Below, piece after piece: positions 19,292 through 28,583 of a DNA stretch of 64,000 nucleotides. The stretch spans positions 482,783 to 546,782 of the forward strand of contig JBKAGE010000035.1 in NCBI GenBank assembly GCA_046290225.1, read 5' to 3'. A program made the position numbers and the translations under genes. The stretch's first letter is position 1; each line of letters begins with the position of its first letter. The notes beneath the pieces are model-generated. The model saw only the letters and a list, made by a program, of their open reading frames with translations, did not search any database and was not told the origin of the DNA. Source of the DNA: Bradymonadia bacterium (GTDB lineage Bacteria; Myxococcota_A; Bradymonadia; UBA7976; UBA1532).

Positions 19292-20035
19292 GAGCGGGGT
19301 GCGGGTCTCGATGATGTGCACCTGAGCGCCCCGGGCCTGGGCGATCTCGCACTGCAGCCGCCAGGCGTCGTTGCGGACCAGATCGAGGGCGTGATCCATC
19401 ATGGCCCACGGGGCGCGGGGCACAGGGCCCGCGAGGCCCGGTGAGGGGATGAAGTGCACCAGCAGGGCCTCGGGCTCGAAGGCGTCGAGCATGGCCCGCA
19501 CCGGCACTTTGTCCATCAACCCACCATCAACGTGAGCGTGGCCGTCACGGGTCACGGGCTCGAAGAGCAACGGCAGGGCACAGCTGGCGTGCACTGCAGG
19601 CACGATAGGGCCCGTGAGATCGATGTGGCGGCGCTTGAGATCGAGGTTGGTGCTCACCGTGAGCAGTGGGATCGGACAGTCCTCGAACCGCTTGATGGGC
19701 AGCTGTGCGTCGAGCAGCTCGGCGAATTTGCGTCCCTTGAGCAGCCCCGGGGGCCGGCGCATGCGGCGCCGTACGGGCCAGGGCACCGCTGGGTCCCAGA
19801 AGTCTTTCCGTCGGGTAGCGAGCAAGGGGCCGGCCCATTCTTCGGGCTGCATGCCTGTGGCCGCCATCGCCGCCACCATGGCCCCCGAAGACGCACCCCC
19901 CACAGCGATGGGGCGAATGCCCGCTCGGTAGAGGGCCTTCATGAAGCCGGTGTGGGCGTAGAAGCCGAAATAGGCGCTGGAGAGCACCACCGCCACTCGG
20001 CGATCAGCGAGGGCGTCGATGATGGGCGTCTTCAC
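19205..20035 (-). CDS. Patatin-like phospholipase
   Basis: GASSGA (GxSxG), ASCALP.LF.P, DGG; GTG 20035 chosen just after the upstream stop. Confidence 0.88.
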   Translation of the reverse strand: MKTPIIDALADRRVAVVLSSAYFGFYAHTGFMKALYRAGIRPIAVGGASSGAMVAAMAATGMQPEEWAGPLLATRRKDFWDPAVPWPVRRRMRRPPGLLKGRKFAELLDAQLPIKRFEDCPIPLLTVSTNLDLKRRHIDLTGPIVPAVHASCALPLLFEPVTRDGHAHVDGGLMDKVPVRAMLDAFEPEALLVHFIPSPGLAGPVPRAPWAMMDHALDLVRNDAWRLQCEIAQARGAQVHIIETRTPLSGPLRMRLGPSIVTEAESQTRSQLYARG

Positions 20036-20051
20036 GTCGAGGGCCTCAAGA

Positions 20052-21233
20052 TCATTGAGCGGGGGCTGAAGGTGCAGCTTTGCCTTTGGCGGCTTCGGCG
20101 AAGATGATCTCGAGCTCTTCGGGGGTCTTGCCGCCGACGAAGACCTTGCCATTCACCAGGAAGGTGGGGGTGCCCCGAACGCCGATTTTGTCACCGGCGG
20201 CGATGTCGGCCTTGATCTGCTCCACAGTGGCAGGATCGGCCATGCACTGCGTGATGGCCTCGGGGTCGAGCCCGATGGCCGCCACCTGAGCCTGCAACTT
20301 CTCAGGGGTGAGCCCCTTGGCGTTTTTGAAGAGCCAGTCGTGCAAGGGCCAGAACTGACCGGACTTCTGAGCACAGACTGCGGCCTTGGCGGCTTCGCAG
20401 GCGTGCTGGTGGAACTCCCGCTCGATGTTGGGGTTGCAGGCGTTGTCCATGGGGTAGTGCCTGAAGTAGATGCGCACGTTCTTGTAGTTGGCCTGGGCCT
20501 GCTTCAAGGCGTCGGTGAGGCGACCGCAGTAAGGGCACTCGAAGTCGCTGAACTCCACCACCACGACCTTGGCATCCTCGGGGCCCTTGCCCGGGGCGCC
20601 CTCGGTGGGCATCTCGAACGACTTGTCGGGCTGAGCGGGCTGGGTCTGAAAGGCGGTCTTCGCCGCCTGAGCGGCGCCGGCGTACCAGGCCTGACCGCCG
20701 ATGACGCCAGTGACCATCAAGCCTGCGGCGGCGAGAGTGGCCTTCGAGGTAAAGATCGTAGGGAACAGCCCCTTGAAGGCACCCCCAAAACCGTCGACAT
20801 GGCTCGCCGCGGCGGCGATGAGCATGCCGAGGTTCACCCCATAGAGACCCATGCACAGCGGGCACAGCTTCTCGAGCTGGGTGACGCTCACGTAGGCGAG
20901 AAAGATCGAGTAGCCCACCGAGGCCAGCCCGCCGCCGACGAGCACGTTCTGCCAATGACGGCGGCCTTCTTCGTTGTCGTTGAAGCGGGCCAGAGCTGCG
21001 GCCACCATCATCACGACATAGAAGACCCCGCCGATGCCGGCGATGGGGAACCCGAAGAGCGAGCTGTAGTCGCTTCGGGCTGCAGCTTCGCAGGAGAAGC
21101 CCTCAAGGGCCTGACAGAGGCCCGTGTCACCGACGCCGCCATAATTGGCCCCGATGTGAGCGCTCACCAACTCGATCGAAAGGTAGACCCCCGCCAGGCA
21201 CAGGGCGGTCAGGGCAAAGAAAGCCAGTCTCAC
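20052..21233 (-). CDS. VKOR-DsbA (thioredoxin) fusion, disulfide formation
   Basis: VKOR loop Cys pair and CPLC; C-terminal VVEFSDFECPYC, GTPTF. Confidence 0.92.
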   Translation of the reverse strand: MRLAFFALTALCLAGVYLSIELVSAHIGANYGGVGDTGLCQALEGFSCEAAARSDYSSLFGFPIAGIGGVFYVVMMVAAALARFNDNEEGRRHWQNVLVGGGLASVGYSIFLAYVSVTQLEKLCPLCMGLYGVNLGMLIAAAASHVDGFGGAFKGLFPTIFTSKATLAAAGLMVTGVIGGQAWYAGAAQAAKTAFQTQPAQPDKSFEMPTEGAPGKGPEDAKVVVVEFSDFECPYCGRLTDALKQAQANYKNVRIYFRHYPMDNACNPNIEREFHQHACEAAKAAVCAQKSGQFWPLHDWLFKNAKGLTPEKLQAQVAAIGLDPEAITQCMADPATVEQIKADIAAGDKIGVRGTPTFLVNGKVFVGGKTPEELEIIFAEAAKGKAAPSAPAQ

Positions 21234-21347
21234 GACACGTTCCTCAGAGGGGTGGTTCGAAGAAGGGATGTCACACTGAATGGGAAGAGGATGCAAGGCG
21301 GTGGGTGGTCGATGCATCACATCTGACCACCCGTAGGGGCACGCAGC

Positions 21348-23237
21348 TTACTCAGCGGCCTCGCAGAGGCCCGTCATGAGATCGCAGGTGCCACCTTCAC
21401 CACAGTCGGCGTCATCGTCACAGGCGGGCAGGCAGACCTCCACCTCGGGCAGGCAGACGTAGCCCTCGCGGCACTCGTTGCTCGCGGCGCAGAGGTCGAG
21501 GCAGAGCGCGTTGCCGTCAGCGTCGACGGTGAAGCACTCCGAGCCGTCGGGGCAGCCCGTGAAGGCGTCGCACGCCGCGGTGCAGTAGCCGCCGGTGAAG
21601 TCGGTCACCGTGCCGTCTTCCAGGGTCTCTTGCAGACACGCATCCAGAGCACCGCCGGCGCCACAGTCAGCGTCAGCCTCGCAAGCGCCGCCGATCTCAC
21701 CCGCTGCCGGGGGCTCGGGGTTCGGCTCGGGATCAGGGTCCGGGTCGGGATCGGGGTCCGGGGAGGGGGGCAGGCAGACGCTCAGGTCGCCAGCAGCCTC
21801 ACAGGCATAGCCTTCGCGGCAGACATCCTGCTCGTCGCAGAGATCGAGACAGGCCGTGGCCCCATCCTGGGTGACCTGGAAGCACTCCGAGCCTGCGGGG
21901 CAGGGGTTGGCGTCAGAGCAGGCCACCTGCAAGCAGTAGCCGCCGACGAAGTCGGTCATCTCGCCCTGCTCGTCGATCTCAGGGATGCACACGTCGAACT
22001 CACCGGCGCCACAGTCGGCATCCACCGCACACGGGCCACCGACGACGCCGGGCTCGGGATCCGGGTCGGGGTCAGGATCGGGGTCCGGATCAGGGCCGGG
22101 ATCTTCAGCAGGCAGACAGGCGTTGGCCTCGGCCACGCACTCGTAGCCGTCGCGACAGGCGTCCTGCGCATCGCAGAGGTCGAGACAGGCCGTGCCGCCG
22201 TCCTGGGTCACCACGAAGCACTCTGCCCCAGCAGGGCAGGGGTTTGCGTCGCTGCAGTTGAAGATGACGCAGTAACCGCCCACGAAGCCCGAGGGGCCAT
22301 CAGGGCCTTCCTCGGGGATGCAGGTGCCACCGGCGCCGCACGCGGCGTCGTCCATGCAGGAAGCGCCCACCACACCGGGGTTGGGATCAGGATCTGGATC
22401 GGGGCCCGGGTCTTGAGCAGGGGCACAGATGGAGAGGCCACCGAGATCGCTGCAGTCGTAGCCAGCGCGGCAAGGATCGCCACCGTCGCAGATGTCGAAG
22501 CAGGCGGTGTTGCCTGCTTCGTCGATCTGAATGCACTCGCTCCCAGCAGGGCAGGGATCAGCGCCGGCGCAGTTGAGCCGGGAGCAGTAACCACCTTCAA
22601 AGCCCGTGGGGCCTTCGGGGCTCTCTGCGGGGATACAGATGTCGTTGGGGCCGCCGAGACACTGCGCATCGTCAGCGCAGGCATCACCAATGGCGGGTCC
22701 ACCCATGCCACCACCGGCACCGGCCATACCGCCACCAGCGCCAGCCATACCGCCGCCAGCGCCGGCCATGCCACCGCCAGCGCCGGCCATACCGCCGCCC
22801 GCACCGGCCATACCGCCACCGGCGCCGGCCATGCCACCACCGGCACCACCAATGGCACCACCGGCACCGGCCATGCCACCAGCGCCACCCATACCAGCCT
22901 CACCGCCAGCGCCACCGATGGCACCACCAGCGCCAGCCATGCCACCGCCGTTGCCGCCCGTCACCAGGCCGCTGTCGGGCAGCTGCCGAGGCCGGCGGCC
23001 GTCACCACAGCTGTCGGACTCCTGGGACAACTGGCCATTGGTGCACAAGCCATCGACACACACACCGTCGAGTGACTGATCACCGTTCTCGAGGGTACAA
23101 CAGAGGCCTTCGACCTCGTTGGCGCGGCCCTGGTTGAGCACGCATACATCAGCGCTCTCGCTCTCGGACTCACACCCGGTGAGGGTGGCTGCCGCGAGCA
23201 ATAGCCCCGCTGTGAGCATTTTGTAGATGGGTCTCAT
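21348..23237 (-). CDS. Cys-rich lipoprotein with a GGMAGAG linker and four Cys-rich domains separated by PD repeats
   Basis: LTGC lipobox, GGGGAG RBS; four G..C..D..C...C.......F.GGYC...C....CP.G.EC...C.D.C...CR.GY.C units. Confidence 0.8.
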   Translation of the reverse strand: MRPIYKMLTAGLLLAAATLTGCESESESADVCVLNQGRANEVEGLCCTLENGDQSLDGVCVDGLCTNGQLSQESDSCGDGRRPRQLPDSGLVTGGNGGGMAGAGGAIGGAGGEAGMGGAGGMAGAGGAIGGAGGGMAGAGGGMAGAGGGMAGAGGGMAGAGGGMAGAGGGMAGAGGGMGGPAIGDACADDAQCLGGPNDICIPAESPEGPTGFEGGYCSRLNCAGADPCPAGSECIQIDEAGNTACFDICDGGDPCRAGYDCSDLGGLSICAPAQDPGPDPDPDPNPGVVGASCMDDAACGAGGTCIPEEGPDGPSGFVGGYCVIFNCSDANPCPAGAECFVVTQDGGTACLDLCDAQDACRDGYECVAEANACLPAEDPGPDPDPDPDPDPDPEPGVVGGPCAVDADCGAGEFDVCIPEIDEQGEMTDFVGGYCLQVACSDANPCPAGSECFQVTQDGATACLDLCDEQDVCREGYACEAAGDLSVCLPPSPDPDPDPDPDPEPNPEPPAAGEIGGACEADADCGAGGALDACLQETLEDGTVTDFTGGYCTAACDAFTGCPDGSECFTVDADGNALCLDLCAASNECREGYVCLPEVEVCLPACDDDADCGEGGTCDLMTGLCEAAE

Positions 23238-23368
23238 ATTGACTCCCCTGGCGGTGTCATAAGAGCTGCTGTCTAGACGAAACCCACATAGAAATACAAG
23301 GGCAGGTTGTTTCCATGCCTGACTCAAAAGCGATTGACAGAGGCCAGGAGGCCCTTCACCGTTGCGCC

Positions 23369-23704
23369 ATGAAACTGCTCGTCTACATCTTGAAGGACTA
23401 CCGCCGGGTGGAAGATCTCATCCTGGCCATGGTGGAGATGGGCATCACCGGCGCCACCTGTGTCGATGGTCGGGGCATGGGTCAGCTCATCGGTGAGATG
23501 CCCATCTTTGCCGCGCTGCGCGGGCTGTTTCCCGGATCCGCGGTGGACTCACACGTGGTCTTTGCCGCCGTGCCCGCCGACAAGGCCCACAGCGCCCTCG
23601 CCCTCATGACCCGCATCACGGGAGACGCCACCGCCGCAGGCGCCGGCGTGGCTTTCATGGTGCCCCTGGAAGGGTGGGTGGGCATCGCCCCCGAGATCAC
23701 CTGA
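23369..23704 (+). CDS. P-II-like (GlnB superfamily) protein
   Basis: ~111 aa; GITGAT.VDGRGMG and G.GVAF.VP motifs; no canonical T-loop Tyr. Confidence 0.75.
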   Translation: MKLLVYILKDYRRVEDLILAMVEMGITGATCVDGRGMGQLIGEMPIFAALRGLFPGSAVDSHVVFAAVPADKAHSALALMTRITGDATAAGAGVAFMVPLEGWVGIAPEIT

Positions 23705-23707
23705 TCC

Positions 23708-25018
23708 TCACCCCGCCTTGGGGATCCCTGCGGCAAGCACTTCTGCAATCTGAGCCACGGGCACCTTGCTCTGCCCGCCAGTGCTCAAATCCTTCACCTG
23801 AGCCAGCCCTTCGGCCACCTCGTCTGGGCCGAGCACGATGGCAAAGGGGATCTTCATCTTGTTGGCATATGCGAGCTGCTTCTTGAGCTTTGGCGTGCCG
23901 AGGAACACCTCGGCGTTGATGCCTTGATCCCGCAGCGTGCTCGCCAGGGTGTAGCTGTGGCTCACCATGCCGTCGTTGAAGTTGGTGATGAGCACCCGAG
24001 TGGGGCTGGGCCGCAGGGTCACCAGCTCCATCTCGATGAGGGCGGCGAGCAGTCGATCGACGCCGAGGCTGATGCCCACCGAGGGCATGGGCTGGTTGCC
24101 GTACATCGACATCAGGCCGTCGTAACGGCCACCGCTCATCACTGAGCCGATGTCTTCCATGCCCGTGAGGAAGGTCTCGTAGATGGTGCCGGTGTAGTAG
24201 TCCAGCCCTCGGGCGATGGACAAATCGACGGCCACCTGGTCGCTCAGGCCCTGTGCTTTGGCCAGGTCGAGGACCGTGGTGAGCTCCTCGACGCCCTTGA
24301 GCCCGGTCTCCACACCCTCGAAGAAGTCGCCGAGGGTCTCGGGATCACGGCTGAGGAAGTCGAAGACACTGTCGACGGCCTCTGCAGACAGCCCACACTC
24401 TTCAGCGAGCAGGCCGCGGACCTTGGCCTCGCCGATCTTGGGCAGCTTGTCGATGACGCGCAGCACTTCCAGGGCCGCCTCGCCCTGATCGAGGCCGAGC
24501 TTGTCGAAGAGCCCCGTGAGCAGCTTGCGGTTGTTGATGCGCAGCGTGAACTGTTCGACCCCGAGCGCCCGCAGCGTCGCCGCGCCCACGGCGAGGCACT
24601 CGGCGTCGGCCATCATCGAGTCGTTGCCCACGATGTCGACGTCGCACTGCATGAACTCGCGGTATCGCCCACGGCCCGGACTCTCCGCCCGCCACACCGG
24701 CGCGATCTGGTAGCGCTTGAAGGGCTTGGGCAGGTGGGGGTTCGCCGCAGCCACCCGGGCCAGGGGCACGGTGAGGTCGTAGCGCAGCGCCACGTCGCGA
24801 TCGCCGTTGTCTTTGAAGCGGTACAGCAGCTTGTCGCCCTCGTCGCCGTACTTGCCCAGCAACACGCTGGAGTACTCCAGCGCCGGTGTCTGCAGCGGGC
24901 CGAAGCCGTACGACTCGAAGACCCGCGCTACAGCGTCGAGCATCTGCTGCTTGGGGCCCATGATGTCGGGCAGATAGTCGCGGAACCCCCGGAGCGTCTG
25001 GGGCTTGATCTTGCTCAT
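23708..25018 (-). CDS. hisS: Histidine--tRNA ligase
   Basis: RGFRD, LRYDLTVP, GRYREFMQCD, ARGLDYYTG, GGRYD. Confidence 0.97.
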   Translation of the reverse strand: MSKIKPQTLRGFRDYLPDIMGPKQQMLDAVARVFESYGFGPLQTPALEYSSVLLGKYGDEGDKLLYRFKDNGDRDVALRYDLTVPLARVAAANPHLPKPFKRYQIAPVWRAESPGRGRYREFMQCDVDIVGNDSMMADAECLAVGAATLRALGVEQFTLRINNRKLLTGLFDKLGLDQGEAALEVLRVIDKLPKIGEAKVRGLLAEECGLSAEAVDSVFDFLSRDPETLGDFFEGVETGLKGVEELTTVLDLAKAQGLSDQVAVDLSIARGLDYYTGTIYETFLTGMEDIGSVMSGGRYDGLMSMYGNQPMPSVGISLGVDRLLAALIEMELVTLRPSPTRVLITNFNDGMVSHSYTLASTLRDQGINAEVFLGTPKLKKQLAYANKMKIPFAIVLGPDEVAEGLAQVKDLSTGGQSKVPVAQIAEVLAAGIPKAG

Positions 25019-25030
25019 GGTGCGTCCTTT

Positions 25031-25423
25031 GTAGCGGACGGCCGCCCTTCGGGCCGCCTGTAGCGGACGGTCATCGCCTGGCGGCGACAGCCTGTAGCGG
25101 ACGGCTCGCCTCCGGCGAAACCTGTGGCGGACGGCCCTTTGGGCCTGTAGCCGGAGTTTCTTTCGAAGCTTCGAGCTGAGGCAGCCGTGGTCTCGACTAC
25201 CGCGAACGCCCTATGCGCCCTGCCCTACCACTTTCGGCGTCAGCAGCACAGTGTTTCGAGAAGCCCACCACCCACATCAGACTCTCTAGAAAGCTACAGC
25301 ACAGGCTGCCGGAGGCAGACTCGGCGTCCGCTACAGCTTTCGCCGAAGGCGAGGCGTCCGCTACAGACGGCGCGCAGCGCGGTCGTCCGCTACAGGCGGT
25401 GCCAAAGGCACGGCTGTCCGCTC
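25031..25423. repeat. Family A repeat, copy 2 (inverted, with a longer centre)
   Basis: Arms are near-identical reverse complements of 7176..7377; ends just upstream of the hisS RBS. Confidence 0.85.
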
Positions 25424-25429
25424 AGACGT

Positions 25430-26461
25430 TCAAAGCGCGGCGCAGCGGCAGACGTAATCCTCGAGGCGGTCATGATTACAGTTGAGACGCTCGTCGTGCT
25501 GGCAGGTATCGTCTCGCTCGTTCCATGCGCCGACACAGAACGAGCCCCGGGCAGCGCAGAACTCTTCACAGCGGGTGCGGTTGCCTTCGCGCACCAGGAT
25601 CTCGCAATAAGGCGTGCCACCCTCGGCGTTGCCTTCGCCGCACACACAGGTGCTGCCGTTGCGGCCGGGGTTGCAGGTGAGCGCCGTGAAGACCGAGCAC
25701 TCGGGGGGTTGTTGGCAGGTGCCGTCGGCCTGACAGGTGCCCATGCCCTCGCACGGGGTACCCACGGCGGCGTTCTCGATGGTGGGCCCCGTACCTTCGA
25801 TGCAGCCGTCGATGGTCTGACAGGGGCCAAGCACACGGGCCACCTCTTCAGGCTCGCCGGGTACGCAGACCGAAGGATCCATCGGATCGCGACATTCACC
25901 GAGGGCGGCACAGTTGCCATCACCTGCGGCGAGGGTGATTGCCCGACGCTCGCAGATCTCTTCTTCGCCTTCCTGACGCAAGGCGTAGACCGCCTCGGCC
26001 GCGCACATCACATCAGGGCACCGGGCGTCCGACTCGGCCACCTCGGCCATACCGGCAGGGCCACAGATGGCACAGAGCCCAAGGTAGTCACCGGGCTCGC
26101 AGGGGCCGTCGGGCACACCGCCCATCCCCATTGGCGCACCGCCCATGCCAGGATCACCGCCAAAGCCTGGCGTGCCACCCATGGGATCACCACCAAAGCC
26201 TGGCATGCCGCCGGGCTGGCCACCGAAGCCCGGGTCGCCCCCCATCGGTTGACCGCCGAAGCCTGGTGAACCGCCTGCGGGCTGACCGCCAGCACCCGGC
26301 GGCTGGACCACGGGCACATTGCCTTTGAGATCATCTTCGGTGGAGCCTGCGTCGGCGTCGATGGGCACCGCCGTAGCGCAGCCACCAAGCGTCATTGACG
26401 CGGTGAGCATTGCCCACAGTGTGACCGCATAAGCTCGGCGTTGGGAGAAGGGGTATGACAT
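25430..26461 (-). CDS. Cys-rich lipoprotein with a PGFGG linker
   Basis: LGGC lipobox, Gly/Pro repeats, many Cys in the C-terminal part. Confidence 0.7.
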   Translation of the reverse strand: MSYPFSQRRAYAVTLWAMLTASMTLGGCATAVPIDADAGSTEDDLKGNVPVVQPPGAGGQPAGGSPGFGGQPMGGDPGFGGQPGGMPGFGGDPMGGTPGFGGDPGMGGAPMGMGGVPDGPCEPGDYLGLCAICGPAGMAEVAESDARCPDVMCAAEAVYALRQEGEEEICERRAITLAAGDGNCAALGECRDPMDPSVCVPGEPEEVARVLGPCQTIDGCIEGTGPTIENAAVGTPCEGMGTCQADGTCQQPPECSVFTALTCNPGRNGSTCVCGEGNAEGGTPYCEILVREGNRTRCEEFCAARGSFCVGAWNERDDTCQHDERLNCNHDRLEDYVCRCAAL

Positions 26462-26594
26462 CGGAAGCACAGTGTGGTGGGTCGGGGTGTCTCTTGCAAG
26501 TCTCTGGTCTGCAGAGTCGATCTCTGACACCATAATTTGCTTTTTGTCACAGCACTTTGTGTTCCACCTACATGACCGTATAGAGAGCGACCCC

Positions 26595-28568
26595 ATGTCG
26601 TCGACCCGTCCCATGACCCTCACCGAGAAGATCCTTTACGCTCACGCTGTGCGGCCGCCCACAGGGGGGCTCAAACCCGGCGACATCGTGCGCATCAAGG
26701 TCGACTGGACCATCGCCAGTGAGCTGGCCTGGAACGGTATGGACAAGACCTACCAGGCTCTGGGGCGGCCGAAGATTCACGATCCGAAGCGGTTTTATCT
26801 GGCCATCGATCACACCGTCGATCCGGTCACGCTCATCGAAGATCCCCGGGCTCAGAAGCTCACGGAGCTCTCTCGCGACTTCGCCAGAGAGAGCAAAATC
26901 GAGCACTTCTACGACGCCAACGAGACGATCCTGCACACCAAGTTCTATCGAGATCTCGTGCAGCCAGGTCAGGTGGTCCTCGGGGCCGACAGCCACACCT
27001 CGAGCCACGGCGGTCTCGGCGTCTTCGCCATCGGCCTCGGCGGCGCCGACATCACCGTGGCCATGGTCCTCGGTGAGTCGTGGATCGAGATCCCTGAAGC
27101 CATCTCCGTGAACTACACCGGCCGGTTGCCTTTTGGCTTCAGCGGCAAAGACGTCATCTTGAAGACCCTCGGAGCCCTGGGTCGCAACACTGTGGCCTTC
27201 GAGCGCTCGGTGGAGTACCGCGGTGAGGGGGTGAAGGACTTCAGCACCGACACCCGCTTCGCCATCGCCAACATGACCGCCGAGTTCGGCGGGCTCAACG
27301 GCATCTTCGAAGCCGACGAGCAGGTGGCCCGCTGGCTCGCCCGGCGCCCCGAGAGCCACCGCGGCGAGGCCCGGTTCTTCAAGGCCGACGAGGGGGCCCA
27401 CTACGTCGAGCAGTTCACCATCGACCTCGACACCCTCGAGCCTCAGGTGGCCAAGCCGTTCTCCCCCGACAACGTCTATGCCCTGAGCGAGGTGAAGGGC
27501 ATGTCGCTCGACGGCGCCTTCATCGGCGCCTGCACCACCACCGAAGAAGAGCTCGTGCTCGGGGCCCTGGTGCTCGAGAAGATGCTCGCCGCGGGGCACA
27601 CCCCCGTCGATTGCAAGAACCGCCTCGTCATCCCCGGTGACTTGTCGATTCAGGCCAACCTGAAGGCCCACGGCCTGTGGTCGGTGTACGAGCAGGCGGG
27701 CTACCGGGTCGGCGTGCCTGGGTGCTCGATGTGTCTTGGAGTGGCCAGCGAGAAGGCGGCCCCTGGCGAGGTGTGGCTGAGCAGTCAGAACCGCAACTAC
27801 GAGAACCGCATGGGCGCAGGCTCCCTCGCCCATCTGGCCTCAGGGGCCACCGTCGCCGCTTCGTCGCTGTCGATGAGCGTCTCTGATCCACGGCCCTGGC
27901 TCGAGCAGATCGATCAGGATCGATACAACCAGATCCTGGGCCGTTCCGGCGCGGTGAACATCCCTGAGATCCGCAGCGCCGAGGCCACCCCGGTGGAGCC
28001 CCCTGTGGCTCAGTCATCGACGCAGGCCGAGGCCAGCGCCGAGGCGCCGGCCAGTGTTGCCGCGAAGATCCACCGGTTCGGTGATCACATCGACACCGAC
28101 GCCATCATCCCCGGCGAATTCTGTCACCTCACCGCCCTCGAAGATCTCGGCGCAAAGTGCTTCCACTACGTGGCGCCAGGCTTCGCTGATCGGGTGAAGG
28201 CCGGGCAGTCCGTGGTGGTGGCCGGTACGGGCTGGGGCACTGGCTCGAGCCGGGAGCAGGCTGTGTGGGCCCTCAAGGGGGCCGGCGTGCAGGTGGTGGT
28301 GGCCCGCAGCTTCGCCTTCATCCACAAGCGCAACCTCGTGAACGAGGCCCTGCCCTACCTCGTGCTCGACGACGACGCGTTCTATGAGAAGGCCGTCGAC
28401 GGGGCCGACATCTCTGTCGATCTGGCTCAGGGGCAGGTCACTGTCGATGGGGCAACCTTCCAGGCTCAGCGCCCTTCGTCCATGGTGCAGTCCATGCAGA
28501 AGGCTGGCGGCATCGTGAGCGCCATCAAAGCCCACGGCGACGCGGTCTTCGAGCAGCTCACCGCTTGA
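26595..28568 (+). CDS. Aconitase-family hydro-lyase with fused large (LeuC-like) and small (LeuD-like) subunits
   Basis: TLTEKI, DH, GADSHT, ANMTAE.G, FIGACT, PGCSMC, NRN...RMG, then IDTDAIIP, G.GSSREQA, SFAFIH.RN. Confidence 0.9.
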   Translation: MSSTRPMTLTEKILYAHAVRPPTGGLKPGDIVRIKVDWTIASELAWNGMDKTYQALGRPKIHDPKRFYLAIDHTVDPVTLIEDPRAQKLTELSRDFARESKIEHFYDANETILHTKFYRDLVQPGQVVLGADSHTSSHGGLGVFAIGLGGADITVAMVLGESWIEIPEAISVNYTGRLPFGFSGKDVILKTLGALGRNTVAFERSVEYRGEGVKDFSTDTRFAIANMTAEFGGLNGIFEADEQVARWLARRPESHRGEARFFKADEGAHYVEQFTIDLDTLEPQVAKPFSPDNVYALSEVKGMSLDGAFIGACTTTEEELVLGALVLEKMLAAGHTPVDCKNRLVIPGDLSIQANLKAHGLWSVYEQAGYRVGVPGCSMCLGVASEKAAPGEVWLSSQNRNYENRMGAGSLAHLASGATVAASSLSMSVSDPRPWLEQIDQDRYNQILGRSGAVNIPEIRSAEATPVEPPVAQSSTQAEASAEAPASVAAKIHRFGDHIDTDAIIPGEFCHLTALEDLGAKCFHYVAPGFADRVKAGQSVVVAGTGWGTGSSREQAVWALKGAGVQVVVARSFAFIHKRNLVNEALPYLVLDDDAFYEKAVDGADISVDLAQGQVTVDGATFQAQRPSSMVQSMQKAGGIVSAIKAHGDAVFEQLTA

Positions 28569-28583
28569 ACTCTCGACGGAGGC

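Noticed and set aside
17498..20035. SIR2 plus patatin as a CBASS-like two-effector system
   Set aside because: The genes are convergent, the patatin follows VKOR-DsbA on its own strand, and there is no CD-NTase or TIR gene. The 87-nt 3' overlap looks like a tail extension.
25031..25150. Repeat-spacer pattern resembling a mini CRISPR array
   Set aside because: The repeat is only about 12 bp, the spacers are short self-complementary hairpins shared between loci, the arms are inverted, and there are no cas genes.
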